Origin: Minutocellus sp. GHC0000111 | Lineage: Eukaryota | Assembly (NCBI GenBank): GCA_977018835.1 | Contig: OZ361258.1 | Location: forward strand, 1,178,001 to 1,242,000 | DNA length: 64,000 nt | Reading direction: 5' to 3' | Part shown: piece after piece, positions 31,917 through 43,169 of the stretch | Layout: every line of letters begins with the position of its first letter | Position numbering within the stretch: the stretch's first letter is position 1 | Position numbers and translations under genes: made by a program | Notes under the pieces: model-generated | The model's database searches: none | Seen by the model: only the letters and a program-made list of their open reading frames with translations | Told to the model about the DNA's origin: nothing

Positions 31917-33692
31917 ATGCCTCCTTATCGAGGCGGAGCCTCAACTTCTGTGGCGGTCACTGCATTTGTAGCGCTGGTATCCGCCTATGCGCTTGGTGCA
32001 GTCACAGGCTCTCTCCTGAGCCGGAGAGAGGACGACAAGACAAACACATCACGTGCTGACAATCGCAAAGAAAGTCGAAAGACGAAGAAGACAAAGAATG
32101 GAGGGCAGGGCACAAGTAACAACGGCAAGCGCGAGGGCGAAGCCGACTCGAGTGAGGAGCTGTCGTCAATCAATCTTATTCCTATCGGGAAAATATCATC
32201 TGTGTATAGATTATGCGTTGGAACACCAAGGCAGGGGCTACTGGCACCCAACTGTCGAGGCCGCATCGAGCTGTCACCGGCTCTTCTCTCGGCCGATAGC
32301 ATTCTAGGCCTTGACGGATACTCCCATGTATGGGTGGTATTTGTGTTTCATCTCAATACCAACTCCAAGATTGTGAAGCAAAGTGCCGAGGCCGCAACTG
32401 TAGCTAGTGGTTCTAGAGGTAAGAAGAAGGCCAAGGGTGGTTCGCGACAATTCCCAGCCAAAATTGCGCCTCCAGCTCTTGGCGGAAAGAAGGTTGGTTT
32501 GTTCTCCACCCGCACGCCGCATCGGCCAAATCCGATTGGTCTGACTCTATGCAAGATTGATTCTATCAGTAGAGGAAAGGACCCAAGCCAACCGTTCTAC
32601 ATCAATATTAGTGGGCTGGATCTCGTCGATGGGACCCCGGTGTTGGACATCAAACCATTTGTGCCACATTATGACACGGTCATTAATCCCGAGAAGATCG
32701 GTGATAGCAACTGCATGCCCGACGGAGTTACGGTACCGCATTGGGTGGGTAGTGGACTGGAGAAACGACGAGAAGTCACCTTTGCGCCGGGCGCTCTGGA
32801 TCAGTTGACAAGCATCGTTCGGGATGAAGGCACAGCGTTGGATTTTTATGGCATTCACTCAGGCAGAGATGCGAGCATAGATGACAGCCTCAATACTATT
32901 CAAGGAGCAATATCTCAGGTTTTGGCCATCGATGTTCGGTCCAAGTGGCAGACTGGTAAAGCACGGAAAGGCAAATTTCAAGCAGAGAAAGCCAAGAGAG
33001 TAAAATCCGTGATGGAGAAAGGAAATTCCATAGATAGTGGTGCTACGAATTCAGCTGCGGTTGATAACGACGACGACAATGTACTTTGCACACAACAGCT
33101 GGACAACTTGCTCATCAAATATTCAATTCGAGCACCCGAGGGAGTTGGGAAAGACGACGAAGTAACAAGAGGCAGCGGTGCAAACGATTTGGTTGAAGTT
33201 CGTGAAATCGAAGTACTCCGATCCGCTGGAGAGAATAATGCTACCGTTGGTACCAAGGCTAAAAGAATCGAAGAAAAAAGAGCAGAGAAGAAAACAGAGG
33301 ACGTCGGAATGAGCGATAGCAATGCCAAAGATTGGCTGAGTACCCCGCAAAAGATGGATAGTGGTCATGAGGGTGATGGTAGTGCCGGCGACAGTCGAGA
33401 TAACTCGGGCCCACCACAAGAATTCGGTGCTCTCAAGAACTATTGGGCCGAGAGGGGAGTGGCACACACACCGAAGGGATTAACCCCCACGGCGAGTGCG
33501 GAACAATTGAGTGCTGATAGGGCCAGTGGTCGAGCCCTCACATTCTCGAACCGGAGAACTCTGACACCTCCTCGCCTCAATGGCTTGTCTGCTGCAGCGA
33601 GGAGAAATTCCAGCGAAACGAAGGAAGAAGGAGGGGATACCACTGCTACAAGTGCAAGTGCAACTTCTCCGCAGCCTTACAAACAATCTTGA
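31917..33692 (+). CDS. trmO: tRNA (adenine37-N6)-methyltransferase TrmO/TsaA family
   Basis: GTPRQG, GLDGYSHVWVVFVFH, GLFSTRTPHRPNPIGLT and GLDLVDGTPVLDIKP, with an N-terminal TM anchor. Confidence 0.93.
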   Translation: MPPYRGGASTSVAVTAFVALVSAYALGAVTGSLLSRREDDKTNTSRADNRKESRKTKKTKNGGQGTSNNGKREGEADSSEELSSINLIPIGKISSVYRLCVGTPRQGLLAPNCRGRIELSPALLSADSILGLDGYSHVWVVFVFHLNTNSKIVKQSAEAATVASGSRGKKKAKGGSRQFPAKIAPPALGGKKVGLFSTRTPHRPNPIGLTLCKIDSISRGKDPSQPFYINISGLDLVDGTPVLDIKPFVPHYDTVINPEKIGDSNCMPDGVTVPHWVGSGLEKRREVTFAPGALDQLTSIVRDEGTALDFYGIHSGRDASIDDSLNTIQGAISQVLAIDVRSKWQTGKARKGKFQAEKAKRVKSVMEKGNSIDSGATNSAAVDNDDDNVLCTQQLDNLLIKYSIRAPEGVGKDDEVTRGSGANDLVEVREIEVLRSAGENNATVGTKAKRIEEKRAEKKTEDVGMSDSNAKDWLSTPQKMDSGHEGDGSAGDSRDNSGPPQEFGALKNYWAERGVAHTPKGLTPTASAEQLSADRASGRALTFSNRRTLTPPRLNGLSAAARRNSSETKEEGGDTTATSASATSPQPYKQS

Positions 33693-33778
33693 TGTTTCAA
33701 TATGTAAATTAAGTGTGAATAATGAATGTGATAATTGTTAGTGCTTCTTCCCCCCATATTAGATCCCTGAGTAGCTAG

Positions 33779-35818
33779 CTAGGTGGATACACTTGTAGGT
33801 TTCTTAGAATCACTACATCCACTGACGCCAACTCTCTGAATACATTTGCGTTTGGCCTGAATTGCCTCCTTCTTCTTCTGTGTCAAGATGCGCCGAAGTC
33901 TTTTGGCCTCTTCATTGAGAAATGCAACGTGCTGCTCGTGACTTTCGATTTCTTCGTCTCTTCCACGAATCATTCGAAGGTAGACATATTGCTCAGCCCA
34001 TTCGGCGCCTAATAGCTCGATGGTTGCTGTGGCGTCTTCGGCAAGGAGAGTGATGTCAGCGGATTCTCTCACAATATCACTGGACCTTGATTTCAGCTCA
34101 GGCAGGGACTCGAGCAAATCAACATCGGCCGTAAGAACCTCTTTCATTTGCTGTATCTCACCATGGGCCGAAACAAAGGCCTTCTGAAGCTCATCAGGAT
34201 TCTCGGTTGACTCGACGGTGCCATACCTCCCTTCCACAATATCCTTAGAAGCTTGGTTGCTATTGCACTTTGCGATGCGGGATTTCATCAAAGCTATTCG
34301 AGATGCAAGCTCTTCCTTTTCGATATGCTCCACGATGCGATTCTCCTCAATCGTTCTTTTCACATCGGCTACAGTGCCCTCGGCACGAACCCTTGGGATC
34401 TCCCGCAATAACTCTGCCTGTTTTGTATTGGTTTGTTTTTCTTCTTGCACGATGTCATCTATCCTTCCTCTGAGGTCTCGGAGAAGCTGACGACTCTCTT
34501 CTGTTTCCTTCAGGGCTTGCCTATATTCCGGATCATTTTTCCTTTCTGCCGCTATAGCGTCGGAGTCTTGGCGCCGGACTGCATTGAAGCGCAATGCAGC
34601 CTTCGTTTTCAGTATCTCCACCTTGAGATCGGCAATGGTCTTGACCTGCATCGTGGCAATCTCATCCATCATGTTGGAATTCTCCTCGGCACTTTCTATC
34701 CTCATTTCCATTCGATTCCGCACCTGCTCAATCTCGTCTTTCCTTTCCTTGATCTGTTTCTGAAGATCGGCAATGGCCGCCACCTCCATTTTGCGCATAC
34801 TTTTGTTATTGTTGGCGGGCCGCTTCCGAAGATGTCGGGGCTGGTAGCCGGCACCACCGACATCCAAGGACCGACTTCGGATGCGCCTTTCACCGCCATC
34901 GCCACTGGTTCCACTATCGCCACCAGTATCTCGGCTCGATGATCTCGTTAGCCGCCGACCACGACGGGGCTTACGCTTGGCCCCCATGCCCACACGGTCG
35001 ACACTCATACTTCTCGATCTCCTCGTCTGCTGGATCCTCTCAATCTTGTTTTCGGCATAATCCAACTTTTCCACGGAGCAGACGGATCCCTCCTCATCCG
35101 AAGATGGAGATCGGGCTCTACTGGTCCTGCGCCTACCACGTCGAGTGGTGCTGGTGTGCTTCGCGTCTTCGTCCTTGACCGGCTCCTCGTATGCAACTAA
35201 ATGATCCGTTGGGTCGAACGTGGCCGCCGAGATCTTGCCGGAATCCTCCCCTCGAAGGTCACCCTCGATCATGACGTCCACCGGAATCGAAAAGTCTCCC
35301 ATGGAGAGTGTACCAGAACTACCCCCCTGCTGCTGCCGCTCGTGCCGACGGATCGCCGCATCGATGTCGAAACCACCGTCGGCCATGGACGCCGTCTCGA
35401 TCAAATCTTCGAGCATGTTGGCGCTCTCGACGGATTGCTGCCGCTCCAACCGCAGGCGGCGCTTCTCCTCCTCGGCCAATTGAAGCTCGTGTTCCCTGCA
35501 TTCCTGCAAGTCCTTGATCTCCGCGGCCAACTTATCGATGTTATGGCTGGCCCGGCTCTGCGCAGAATCGTGCGATGCGATGGAAAGCATGGAATTGCGA
35601 CGTCGGGTCCGTCTCCTGGTGGGTCGGTTGTTGCCAGCGTCAGCGCCTATGCCAGAGCCGGGCGTGGAAACGCTGGTCTGACTGATCTGGCTTGCTTGCG
35701 AAGCCATGCTGCCCCGCCGCATTCCGGTGACGCGGCCCGTCATCGAGGAGCGACGGAGGAGCCGGCGCCGTGGAACGTCGGGCGTTTGGTCGGCATAATT
35801 TTCATGTGGGTTATCCAT
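33779..35818 (-). CDS. Coiled-coil hypothetical protein
   Basis: Long ORF with an R/S-rich N-terminus and an E/K/R heptad-rich C-terminus. Start assumed at MDNPH. Confidence 0.75.
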   Translation of the reverse strand: MDNPHENYADQTPDVPRRRLLRRSSMTGRVTGMRRGSMASQASQISQTSVSTPGSGIGADAGNNRPTRRRTRRRNSMLSIASHDSAQSRASHNIDKLAAEIKDLQECREHELQLAEEEKRRLRLERQQSVESANMLEDLIETASMADGGFDIDAAIRRHERQQQGGSSGTLSMGDFSIPVDVMIEGDLRGEDSGKISAATFDPTDHLVAYEEPVKDEDAKHTSTTRRGRRRTSRARSPSSDEEGSVCSVEKLDYAENKIERIQQTRRSRSMSVDRVGMGAKRKPRRGRRLTRSSSRDTGGDSGTSGDGGERRIRSRSLDVGGAGYQPRHLRKRPANNNKSMRKMEVAAIADLQKQIKERKDEIEQVRNRMEMRIESAEENSNMMDEIATMQVKTIADLKVEILKTKAALRFNAVRRQDSDAIAAERKNDPEYRQALKETEESRQLLRDLRGRIDDIVQEEKQTNTKQAELLREIPRVRAEGTVADVKRTIEENRIVEHIEKEELASRIALMKSRIAKCNSNQASKDIVEGRYGTVESTENPDELQKAFVSAHGEIQQMKEVLTADVDLLESLPELKSRSSDIVRESADITLLAEDATATIELLGAEWAEQYVYLRMIRGRDEEIESHEQHVAFLNEEAKRLRRILTQKKKEAIQAKRKCIQRVGVSGCSDSKKPTSVST

Positions 35819-36175
35819 GGGTTGAGAAGCTGTCCCCAATAACGATACCGCGCGCTGTATTGCCTCGTTTCTGGCAGGCAACGCATGACGCGTGACACCC
35901 ATCCCTTGGTGACACATGTTGTTGCTGCTTCGTCGCGTCGGCGCCGCGAGGCGCAGCAGCAGCAGCAGGCCATCGCCATGCAGCATGCAGCAGCAGCAGA
36001 GCAATCCGCGCGGCGCGCGGCGCGCGGTTAAGATGATGCTGACGTTGATGTGACGACGAAAAGAAATGACACGATACGTTAGCTTGACACTGGCTGCTGC
36101 TGAGACGGTACAGCACCCTACAATAGCTCTTACAATGCAGCTACAGTCATCAGATAGAACACTTAGTCCTTAACC

Positions 36176-36880
36176 ATGGTGGAAGCAGGAAGAAGTCAGA
36201 GCCGTGGCAAGCACAGATCCATTGATCCTAGCTTTGACAATTCTCCATATTTGAGCAGGCCCATCCGTCCCATCCCTTCCACCTCTGGAGGCGGCGTAGG
36301 CAAGAATCGTCCGGCCCGATCCTCACCAAATGGCAAGGGCCAATCCCAACCAAACGATGACGTAGACGATGGCATTGCCCCACTTCGCGACATTACCGTA
36401 TCCAGCAAGTCGCCAACATCCCTGCTCCGATCCACGAGCAGATCGCGATCCGCAGGAAGACAGAGGGATGCCGACGTTGACAATGATGGATGCTCCCGTG
36501 CCGATTCCACCATATGCACAACCCGCACAGCAACCAAAGGCAACACTGCATCTCGCAAATCTCCCTATCTGATGGGGGCGGGTGCCACCGATACTTATGG
36601 CAGTGGCAGGTCGACAAGTGCCAAGAGAGTGGGACGGGGCGCAAAAGCAACATCCAAAACAGCAAAAAAGATGCCTCTTCCCAAGCTCTTATTGATGCCG
36701 GACGAAATCGACGAGATGCTTCTTGAGTTCAAACAGCGCCAACACGAAGAAGGGAAGTTGCTTCTCAGGAATACAGGCGAAGGTGCTGAGGACGATGCCG
36801 ACGAAGAGTACTCGAGCGATGAAGAGGACGATTCGTCGTCGTCAGTGTCCGATGCATCGTCATCCTCCTCCGAGGAATAG
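36176..36880 (+). CDS. Low-complexity hypothetical protein
   Basis: 234-aa S/R-rich ORF with an acidic tail. Confidence 0.6.
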   Translation: MVEAGRSQSRGKHRSIDPSFDNSPYLSRPIRPIPSTSGGGVGKNRPARSSPNGKGQSQPNDDVDDGIAPLRDITVSSKSPTSLLRSTSRSRSAGRQRDADVDNDGCSRADSTICTTRTATKGNTASRKSPYLMGAGATDTYGSGRSTSAKRVGRGAKATSKTAKKMPLPKLLLMPDEIDEMLLEFKQRQHEEGKLLLRNTGEGAEDDADEEYSSDEEDDSSSSVSDASSSSSEE

Positions 36881-36962
36881 GTCAGGCAATGCAAACTGTA
36901 AAGTCGGATCAGAACATGATAATCCATGTATCGTCACCCCCCACCGCGCCGTGTCCCTCCTC

Positions 36963-37619
36963 CTATTCCTCCTCAATGCCCAACGAACTACAGGTAACCT
37001 CCCTCAGCATCGCTCTCACTTCATCCCTCTTCTCGGACGCCTCTCGATGCTTCTCCTCCAACTGCCGATCGATGGCGCGGTTCTCCTCGATCAACGTTGC
37101 AATCCTCTCCATCTGCTCGGCCTTGCTCCGTCCCATCCCCGGCAAATGGTCCACCAATTCCTCCACCTCGCGACTCTTGTCCAATATCTCCCCCGCCAAC
37201 CGCTGGGCGGTCCCGACGTCGCTCTCAAAGTCCATCCGCGCCAGCACCTTGAGGTACTCCTCCTTGCTCTGCGGGGGTTTCTCCCCGGCCTTTTGGGCCA
37301 CCTCCAGGGCATGCGGTTCCTGGTTGTGGTAGGCGATGAGAAAGTCGTCAAAGTCGGCCTCGTCTTGGTTGTTGCTGTTGCCCTTGGCAGTGTTGGTGTT
37401 GGCAGCCTCGCCGACCAGTGCCTCGGGTGCCGTGGCGTCGCGGATGCCGCGCAGAGCCTCGAAGAGCGACAGGGCCAGACCGTCGATGGCATCCTGCACT
37501 TGGGTTACGGGGTCAATCTTGGCAGGTGGTGGAGGTGGCGCTTGGGGTGCAGTTGGTGTGGAGGCGGCGGCGGTACCATCGGCGGCGGCAGACGAGGCGG
37601 GCGGCGGTTCGGTCGTCAT
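36963..37619 (-). CDS. MED21: Mediator of RNA polymerase II transcription subunit 21
   Basis: DPVTQVQDAIDGLA...LAGEILDKSREVEELVDHLPGMGRSKAEQMERIATLIEEN matches the Med21/Srb7 pattern. Confidence 0.9.
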   Translation of the reverse strand: MTTEPPPASSAAADGTAAASTPTAPQAPPPPPAKIDPVTQVQDAIDGLALSLFEALRGIRDATAPEALVGEAANTNTAKGNSNNQDEADFDDFLIAYHNQEPHALEVAQKAGEKPPQSKEEYLKVLARMDFESDVGTAQRLAGEILDKSREVEELVDHLPGMGRSKAEQMERIATLIEENRAIDRQLEEKHREASEKRDEVRAMLREVTCSSLGIEEE

Positions 37620-38005
37620 GGTCACGCGATACTTTATGCGATCGACTCTCTAAACTAGAGGGTGAGTAAAGCCAATGCAGATCGACTAATTTCGTAAGAA
37701 CGCTAGCTACTTGTGGTGTATCGAGTGGGGAGGTTGGAGCGTTGGAGCAGGTCAGGCCGGTTGGTCCACCGCCTCGTGCTTCTTTGGAATGTGAGGCCAA
37801 CAGCGCAGCAGCGGCACGTGGGCCGTATGACTCAATCGACTGACTAAAAAGCTAGAGGCAAAGATTGAATCAAGACGACAGAGTGCAGGAGGCTAGTCTA
37901 CCAAAGCGCAGCAGCGGCATTCTTCTCTTGCTCTGATAACCTTCTTTCTGATAAGAACTCTAGCTTGGCTACCACACACATGTACAAGATAGACCCTAAA
38001 TCCTC

Positions 38006-39682
38006 TCATGCATTTTTACTGACATCCCCCATAACAATCACAACCTCATGCCGTCCCTTGAGATTGCTGGATATAAACGCATTCGCTGGTAAATTGTTTT
38101 GCTTCTTTCTGTCCAGCTGAAAGGCTTCTATGTGCGACCCTGACCCATGAATGCCAATGTCTAGAATCATTTTCTGATACCGAAAGTTGGTCAGAGTCAC
38201 TGGTGATTTCGATGGAAACAAGGATTCTGGCTTCACGGGCGCAAATCGCAACCCATCGACCTCAAACGTCACGCCAAACAAACCTTGGTATATCATGGCG
38301 AGATATCCAGTATCAGACCACAACTGCCGACTCCTCTCAGCGGGAAATGTGCCATCGAGCTCATAAAATTCGGCAAACGTTCCACCTTTTACTGCCAAAT
38401 TCTTCAGAGCTTCGAGAGCATACTCAAATACATCCATCCGCCCATGTCTCGCAGCGGCGATGGCGAAATATCCTTGGACAAAAGGCCAAAGGCGGCCATT
38501 ATGATAGTACTGGGCGATGTGTATTGACTCCTTCAATTCAAATCGAGGCCACACACAGGGGAGACCATAGCTCTGCTGCTTCACATTGTCAAAGAGGCTT
38601 TGAATGCGCAATGGATCCTTTTCGACGCCGTCCAAAATGACGAGTGCCGAGCCCAGTCCCTCCACATTTTCCCACAGTGCTCCGTCCTCGCCCAAGACGT
38701 AACTGTAGTAACCCCCCTTTTCCAGCCAAAGGTTGGTGCGAATGGCATTCCTGAGTCGAGCAGCCTTGTCCTCGTATTGCTGGATCTCGCGTTCGTCTTT
38801 ACCAAGCTCTCTCCCCATTTTCGCAGCTATGGCGTACCCGCTTGCATACAGTGCGTTGGTTGAGAGGGCCTTGGTTTGATTGATCAAGTCTCCTCGATGG
38901 TGATACCGAGCAGGGTAACCCGAATTCGATTCCATGAATGACGAACATCCCCGAAAGAGACCAAGCTCGACGTCAAAGGCGTCGCGTTCTCCGCGGACGA
39001 GGGAATTTCTTGTCACGTCGTAAGCCCAACTAAGAAAAGTCCGATTGCCACCACCGACCAGGTACAACGACCAGGCTCCCCGAGCCCCCACGATGGCATC
39101 CGAAAGGACAGGCCAACCGCCAAAGTGGGCACAACTGTCCTGCAGCCAAACCAAGGGCGGCGCATCGTCATCGGCATTGTTGGCATTGCTGTCGATCTCG
39201 ACGCTGGCCTCGAGCGACGAACGGACGACGTCCGGATACAGCAAGCTGGCGGCCGATTCGGCGGCATAACTCGTATCTCTGGTCCACAGCTGGGCCCATC
39301 CCTCCCCGGCTATAAATCGGTCGCCCTCGCCGACGTTGGCGTCGATCTCCTCTAAGGCGAGGCGGTAGGCCCAATCGAAGTCGTCTTGGCCCGTTGTCAA
39401 AATCGGCGGGCCACCACCGGAAGGGCTACTACTGCTGCGGCTGCTAATATCTTGCGTAGAAGGCGTGCCACCACCGGCACCCCAGTAGATGGCACCGGAA
39501 ACAAACAAAGCTGCTCCAATGAAACCCATGTGCAGGCGCATTGGCGGTGAAATACTCGTGCATTCACTACAGGCAGCACTACACGTACTGACGCTGTTGC
39601 GCCGGTGCAGAATTGGCGACTGCTGCTGCCGCGATCCCGGCGATCCCCTCGGGCTCGAGTAGGGCGAACGGACACCGCTCAT
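38006..39682 (-). CDS. Membrane-anchored six-hairpin (alpha/alpha)6 glycoside hydrolase, glycogen-debranching-C/GH63-like
   Basis: AGEGWAQLWTRDTSYA, KALSTNALY, IRTNLW...YY, YHNGRLWPFVQGY, FAEFY and RQLWS..GY. TM near the N-terminus and no intron. Confidence 0.82.
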   Translation of the reverse strand: MSGVRSPYSSPRGSPGSRQQQSPILHRRNSVSTCSAACSECTSISPPMRLHMGFIGAALFVSGAIYWGAGGGTPSTQDISSRSSSSPSGGGPPILTTGQDDFDWAYRLALEEIDANVGEGDRFIAGEGWAQLWTRDTSYAAESAASLLYPDVVRSSLEASVEIDSNANNADDDAPPLVWLQDSCAHFGGWPVLSDAIVGARGAWSLYLVGGGNRTFLSWAYDVTRNSLVRGERDAFDVELGLFRGCSSFMESNSGYPARYHHRGDLINQTKALSTNALYASGYAIAAKMGRELGKDEREIQQYEDKAARLRNAIRTNLWLEKGGYYSYVLGEDGALWENVEGLGSALVILDGVEKDPLRIQSLFDNVKQQSYGLPCVWPRFELKESIHIAQYYHNGRLWPFVQGYFAIAAARHGRMDVFEYALEALKNLAVKGGTFAEFYELDGTFPAERSRQLWSDTGYLAMIYQGLFGVTFEVDGLRFAPVKPESLFPSKSPVTLTNFRYQKMILDIGIHGSGSHIEAFQLDRKKQNNLPANAFISSNLKGRHEVVIVMGDVSKNA

Positions 39683-39994
39683 GTTAGTTATTAATAGGTC
39701 ATAGACAACCAATCGAGTTCCTTTCGTCCTCAAGTTCAAAAATAAATGCCGGCTAGCTAGGACTCCTTATTACATGTTTAGTTGAGCAAATGTAACCATA
39801 AACTTGTATTGAGGAGTGGATTAGTCTGTCTGTCATACCGACGCCAGTCGCCCACCGCAGGATCGCTTTGCCTTCCTCCACAATGAGATATCTCTGCTTC
39901 GTCTCGGCGTCTCGCTCGGCATAGCCTGGCCAACCAGCAGTGATACAAGATCCACATGCGTCTGGCAATAAGCGCAGAATTCACTTATAATAAA

Positions 39995-42889
39995 ATGGGC
40001 GAGAAGTCAAATTGGAGAAATATAGGAAATTGCATTCAAAGCATGATGACACGCATGAGGAGTAGGGGCGAAGTGAGGAGCAGTGTTGCTCTCCTATCAT
40101 CTTTGCTGTTGCTCCTCATCATCTTGGATCCAGCTGCCGATGCCTTCTCCGTTGCATCCTTTACTGGTGCCTACACGAACATACCTCTAAGTGCGCGTTC
40201 CTTCGCCAGGACACATGGGATTCCTACTTTATCGAATAGACACCATGTGCCGATGCCATCATCGAAGCTCTTCTCGTCCCTCACCGACGAGACCAATGCG
40301 AGCGACGACGAGGCCGGTTCGTTCGATCCCGATGCCGCCGATCTGACCGAGTCGGAAATGGCCGCGGCGGCCAACGATCTGGTCCGTCTTTCCGGCGGTG
40401 GTTCCGGCAGCGTCGAACTTCCCGACGAGATATCGCAGTCCTTCCTGCAGTACGCCCTGAGCATCATCCTGGGCCGGGCCCTGCCCGATGCCCGTGACGG
40501 ACTCAAGCCGGTCCATCGGCGCATCCTGTACGCCATGTCCGGCCTGGGCCTTAGCCCCTCCAGCTCCCATCGCAAGTGTGCCCGTGTCGTTGGCGAAGTG
40601 CTCGGTAAGTACCACCCCCACGGCGACATGGCTGTGTATGATGCATTGGTCCGCCTGGCGCAAGATTTCAGCACCGGCACTCCCCTCATCGATGGACATG
40701 GGAACTTTGGCTCGATCGATAACGATCCCGCCGCCGCCATGCGATACACTGAGTGTAAGCTGACCAAGGTTAGCAGCGAGACCCTGCTGGAGGATCTGCA
40801 TTCCGACACCGTCGACTTCATCCCCAACTTTGACGGCAACGAGATGGAGCCCACCGTCCTACCAGCGAAGTTGCCCGTACTTCTTCTGAATGGGTGTGCT
40901 GGGATTGCCGTGGGGATGGCCACCAACTGTCCGCCGCACAATCTGGGAGAGCTGATGGATGCCTGCATCGCCCTGACGAAAAGTCAAGAGGAGGAGGCAC
41001 CGGAGGTTACCGACGAGGCATTGTTCCGCTTGGTCCCAGGTCCTGACTTTCCAACTAGCGCGCTCATTATTGGTACCGATGGGGCCAAGAAGCTGTACAA
41101 GACGGGCAACGGCGGCGTCGTTATGCGAGCCGTGACGCAAGTAGAGCAAATCGTCACTGGAAGGGGCAAGGCACGCTCGGCTATCGTGGTGACCGAGCTT
41201 CCCTACCAGGTGAACAAATCCGCCCTTCTAGAGAAGATTGCCGACCTCGTCAACGACAAGAAGCTCGAGGGGGTGGCCGATCTGCGCGACGAGTCCGATC
41301 GAGACGGCATTCGGGTCGTCATCGAGCTGAAGCGAGATGCCGTCCCCTCCATCGTGCAGAACAATCTCTTCAAAAAGACGGCGTTGCAGACTACCTTCAG
41401 TGGCAACTTCTTGGCCTTGATGGGCGGTGGGACCGTACCGCAGAGGTTTACTCTGAGGGGCGCATTGAATACCTTTCTGGATTTTCGCTTCGAAACGATC
41501 CGAAGGAAGAGCGCATTCCAGCTGAAAAAGGTCGAGGCTAGGGCACATATCGTTGAAGGTCTTCTCCGTGCGTTGGAGTCGGCCGACGACGTCATCGAGC
41601 TGGTCCGATCGGCACCAGATCAGGCCCAGGCTAGGGAGGCTCTCATGGCCGAAGATGGGAAGGGTGGACTCGGTCTGACCCGAGACCAAGCCGATGCCGT
41701 CTTACGGCTTCAATTGGGACAATTAACCCGCCTCAATAAGGGCAAGCTTCTGGAGGAACAGCAGACCCTTGCCACGTCACAGGCTGAGTTGGAGAAGCTT
41801 CTCACCGTCGATGGTGCCGTCCGAGACCTAATGATCGAAGAGTTTAATGAGAGCAAGAAGAAGTATGGCATCCCACGAAGGACGAGGATCCAACCCGAAG
41901 AGGGTGAGCTCGAGGATGTTGATTTCATCAAGAATTCTCGTTCGGTTATTGTGGTTACGAGGGGTGGCTACATTAAGCGAATGCCCCTCAAGACCTTCGA
42001 GAGCCAGCGGCGTGGTACTCGGGGCAAGAAGGGAACGTCCAGTGCTTCCGAGGACAATGAGGTGATGCATTGCTTCACATGCAATGATCATGACACATTA
42101 CTAATGACGACTCAGCGAGGCGTTGCCTTTGGATTGCGAGCATTCCAGGTACCCACAGGAACCAGGACAGCCAAAGGTGTCCCAATCCCCTCTGTTCTTC
42201 CCGTCAAGTCAGATGATGTTATTACCTCTGTGCTTACTGTATCGGAATTCTCAGACGACGAGTACGTGGTCCTAGCAACAGAAAATGGATACATCAAGAA
42301 GACTCCGCTTAAAGCTTTCGAGAAGCTAACTTCTCGCGGTCTCATCATTGCAACACTTGGCGAAGGTGACCGGTTGGCCGGCTGCCAGAAATGCACGGAC
42401 GACGATGACATTCTCATCGGTTCTAAGCTTGGAATGGCAACGAGAATATCCGCCGAGAAGCTCCGGCCCACGGGAAGGACGAGCCGGGGTGTAATCTCCA
42501 TGAAGCTGAACGAAGGCGATAGGGTGGCCGACATGAACGTCTTGCCAGCGGAATCGTCCGGATACGCCCTAGTGGTGACTTCGAGCGGATATGGAAAGCG
42601 AGTTGACACGAACGAGTTCCGAACCCAGGCAAGAGGGGGGAAGGGAGTGATCGCCATCAAATTCAAACAGTCAAACTCGGACGATGAGGTCAGTTGTCTT
42701 CGCATAGTGGATGAGGAAGATGAAGTCCTTGTGATTACGGCAAAAGGAGTCATGGTTCGACAAAAAGTAAAGAATATTCCCAGTCAAGGCAGAGCAGCAA
42801 CCGGTGTCCTGGTTCAGAAGCTTGACAATGAAGATGCAATCGCCAGTGTTAGCCTCGTACCGGTGCCATCGTATGAGGATAAGGAATAG
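39995..42889 (+). CDS. gyrA: DNA gyrase subunit A, nucleus-encoded with plastid-type bipartite presequence
   Basis: [34 protein letters not shown] (catalytic Tyr), GyrA-box QRRGTRG and C-terminal pinwheel repeats. The signal peptide ends ADA|FSV. Confidence 0.97.
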   Translation: MGEKSNWRNIGNCIQSMMTRMRSRGEVRSSVALLSSLLLLLIILDPAADAFSVASFTGAYTNIPLSARSFARTHGIPTLSNRHHVPMPSSKLFSSLTDETNASDDEAGSFDPDAADLTESEMAAAANDLVRLSGGGSGSVELPDEISQSFLQYALSIILGRALPDARDGLKPVHRRILYAMSGLGLSPSSSHRKCARVVGEVLGKYHPHGDMAVYDALVRLAQDFSTGTPLIDGHGNFGSIDNDPAAAMRYTECKLTKVSSETLLEDLHSDTVDFIPNFDGNEMEPTVLPAKLPVLLLNGCAGIAVGMATNCPPHNLGELMDACIALTKSQEEEAPEVTDEALFRLVPGPDFPTSALIIGTDGAKKLYKTGNGGVVMRAVTQVEQIVTGRGKARSAIVVTELPYQVNKSALLEKIADLVNDKKLEGVADLRDESDRDGIRVVIELKRDAVPSIVQNNLFKKTALQTTFSGNFLALMGGGTVPQRFTLRGALNTFLDFRFETIRRKSAFQLKKVEARAHIVEGLLRALESADDVIELVRSAPDQAQAREALMAEDGKGGLGLTRDQADAVLRLQLGQLTRLNKGKLLEEQQTLATSQAELEKLLTVDGAVRDLMIEEFNESKKKYGIPRRTRIQPEEGELEDVDFIKNSRSVIVVTRGGYIKRMPLKTFESQRRGTRGKKGTSSASEDNEVMHCFTCNDHDTLLMTTQRGVAFGLRAFQVPTGTRTAKGVPIPSVLPVKSDDVITSVLTVSEFSDDEYVVLATENGYIKKTPLKAFEKLTSRGLIIATLGEGDRLAGCQKCTDDDDILIGSKLGMATRISAEKLRPTGRTSRGVISMKLNEGDRVADMNVLPAESSGYALVVTSSGYGKRVDTNEFRTQARGGKGVIAIKFKQSNSDDEVSCLRIVDEEDEVLVITAKGVMVRQKVKNIPSQGRAATGVLVQKLDNEDAIASVSLVPVPSYEDKE

Positions 42890-43169
42890 CTGTGTACCGC
42901 GTCGTATTTATTATTTATTATACAACAAAGATCACAAGTCAAATCAATTAGAAGGCGCAATTGTAACTACATATTGAAATGGCAATCATCAGAGAGAGAT
43001 CTCTCTGTCGTACTCCTTACACTTTAGAGTTGAGTAAAATTAATCCAAAAATTTCCTTGAAGGAGTGCGGATCTGCGGACACTGCTCTGGCGATGGCGGC
43101 ACATTGCAACATCAAGCTGTATTGCACTACTCGGCTGCCACTGCCCCCTACTCGAAAGAACAACACCAC

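Noticed and set aside
39995..42889. gyrA as bacterial contamination
   Set aside because: It has a bipartite targeting presequence and sits among intron-containing eukaryotic genes.
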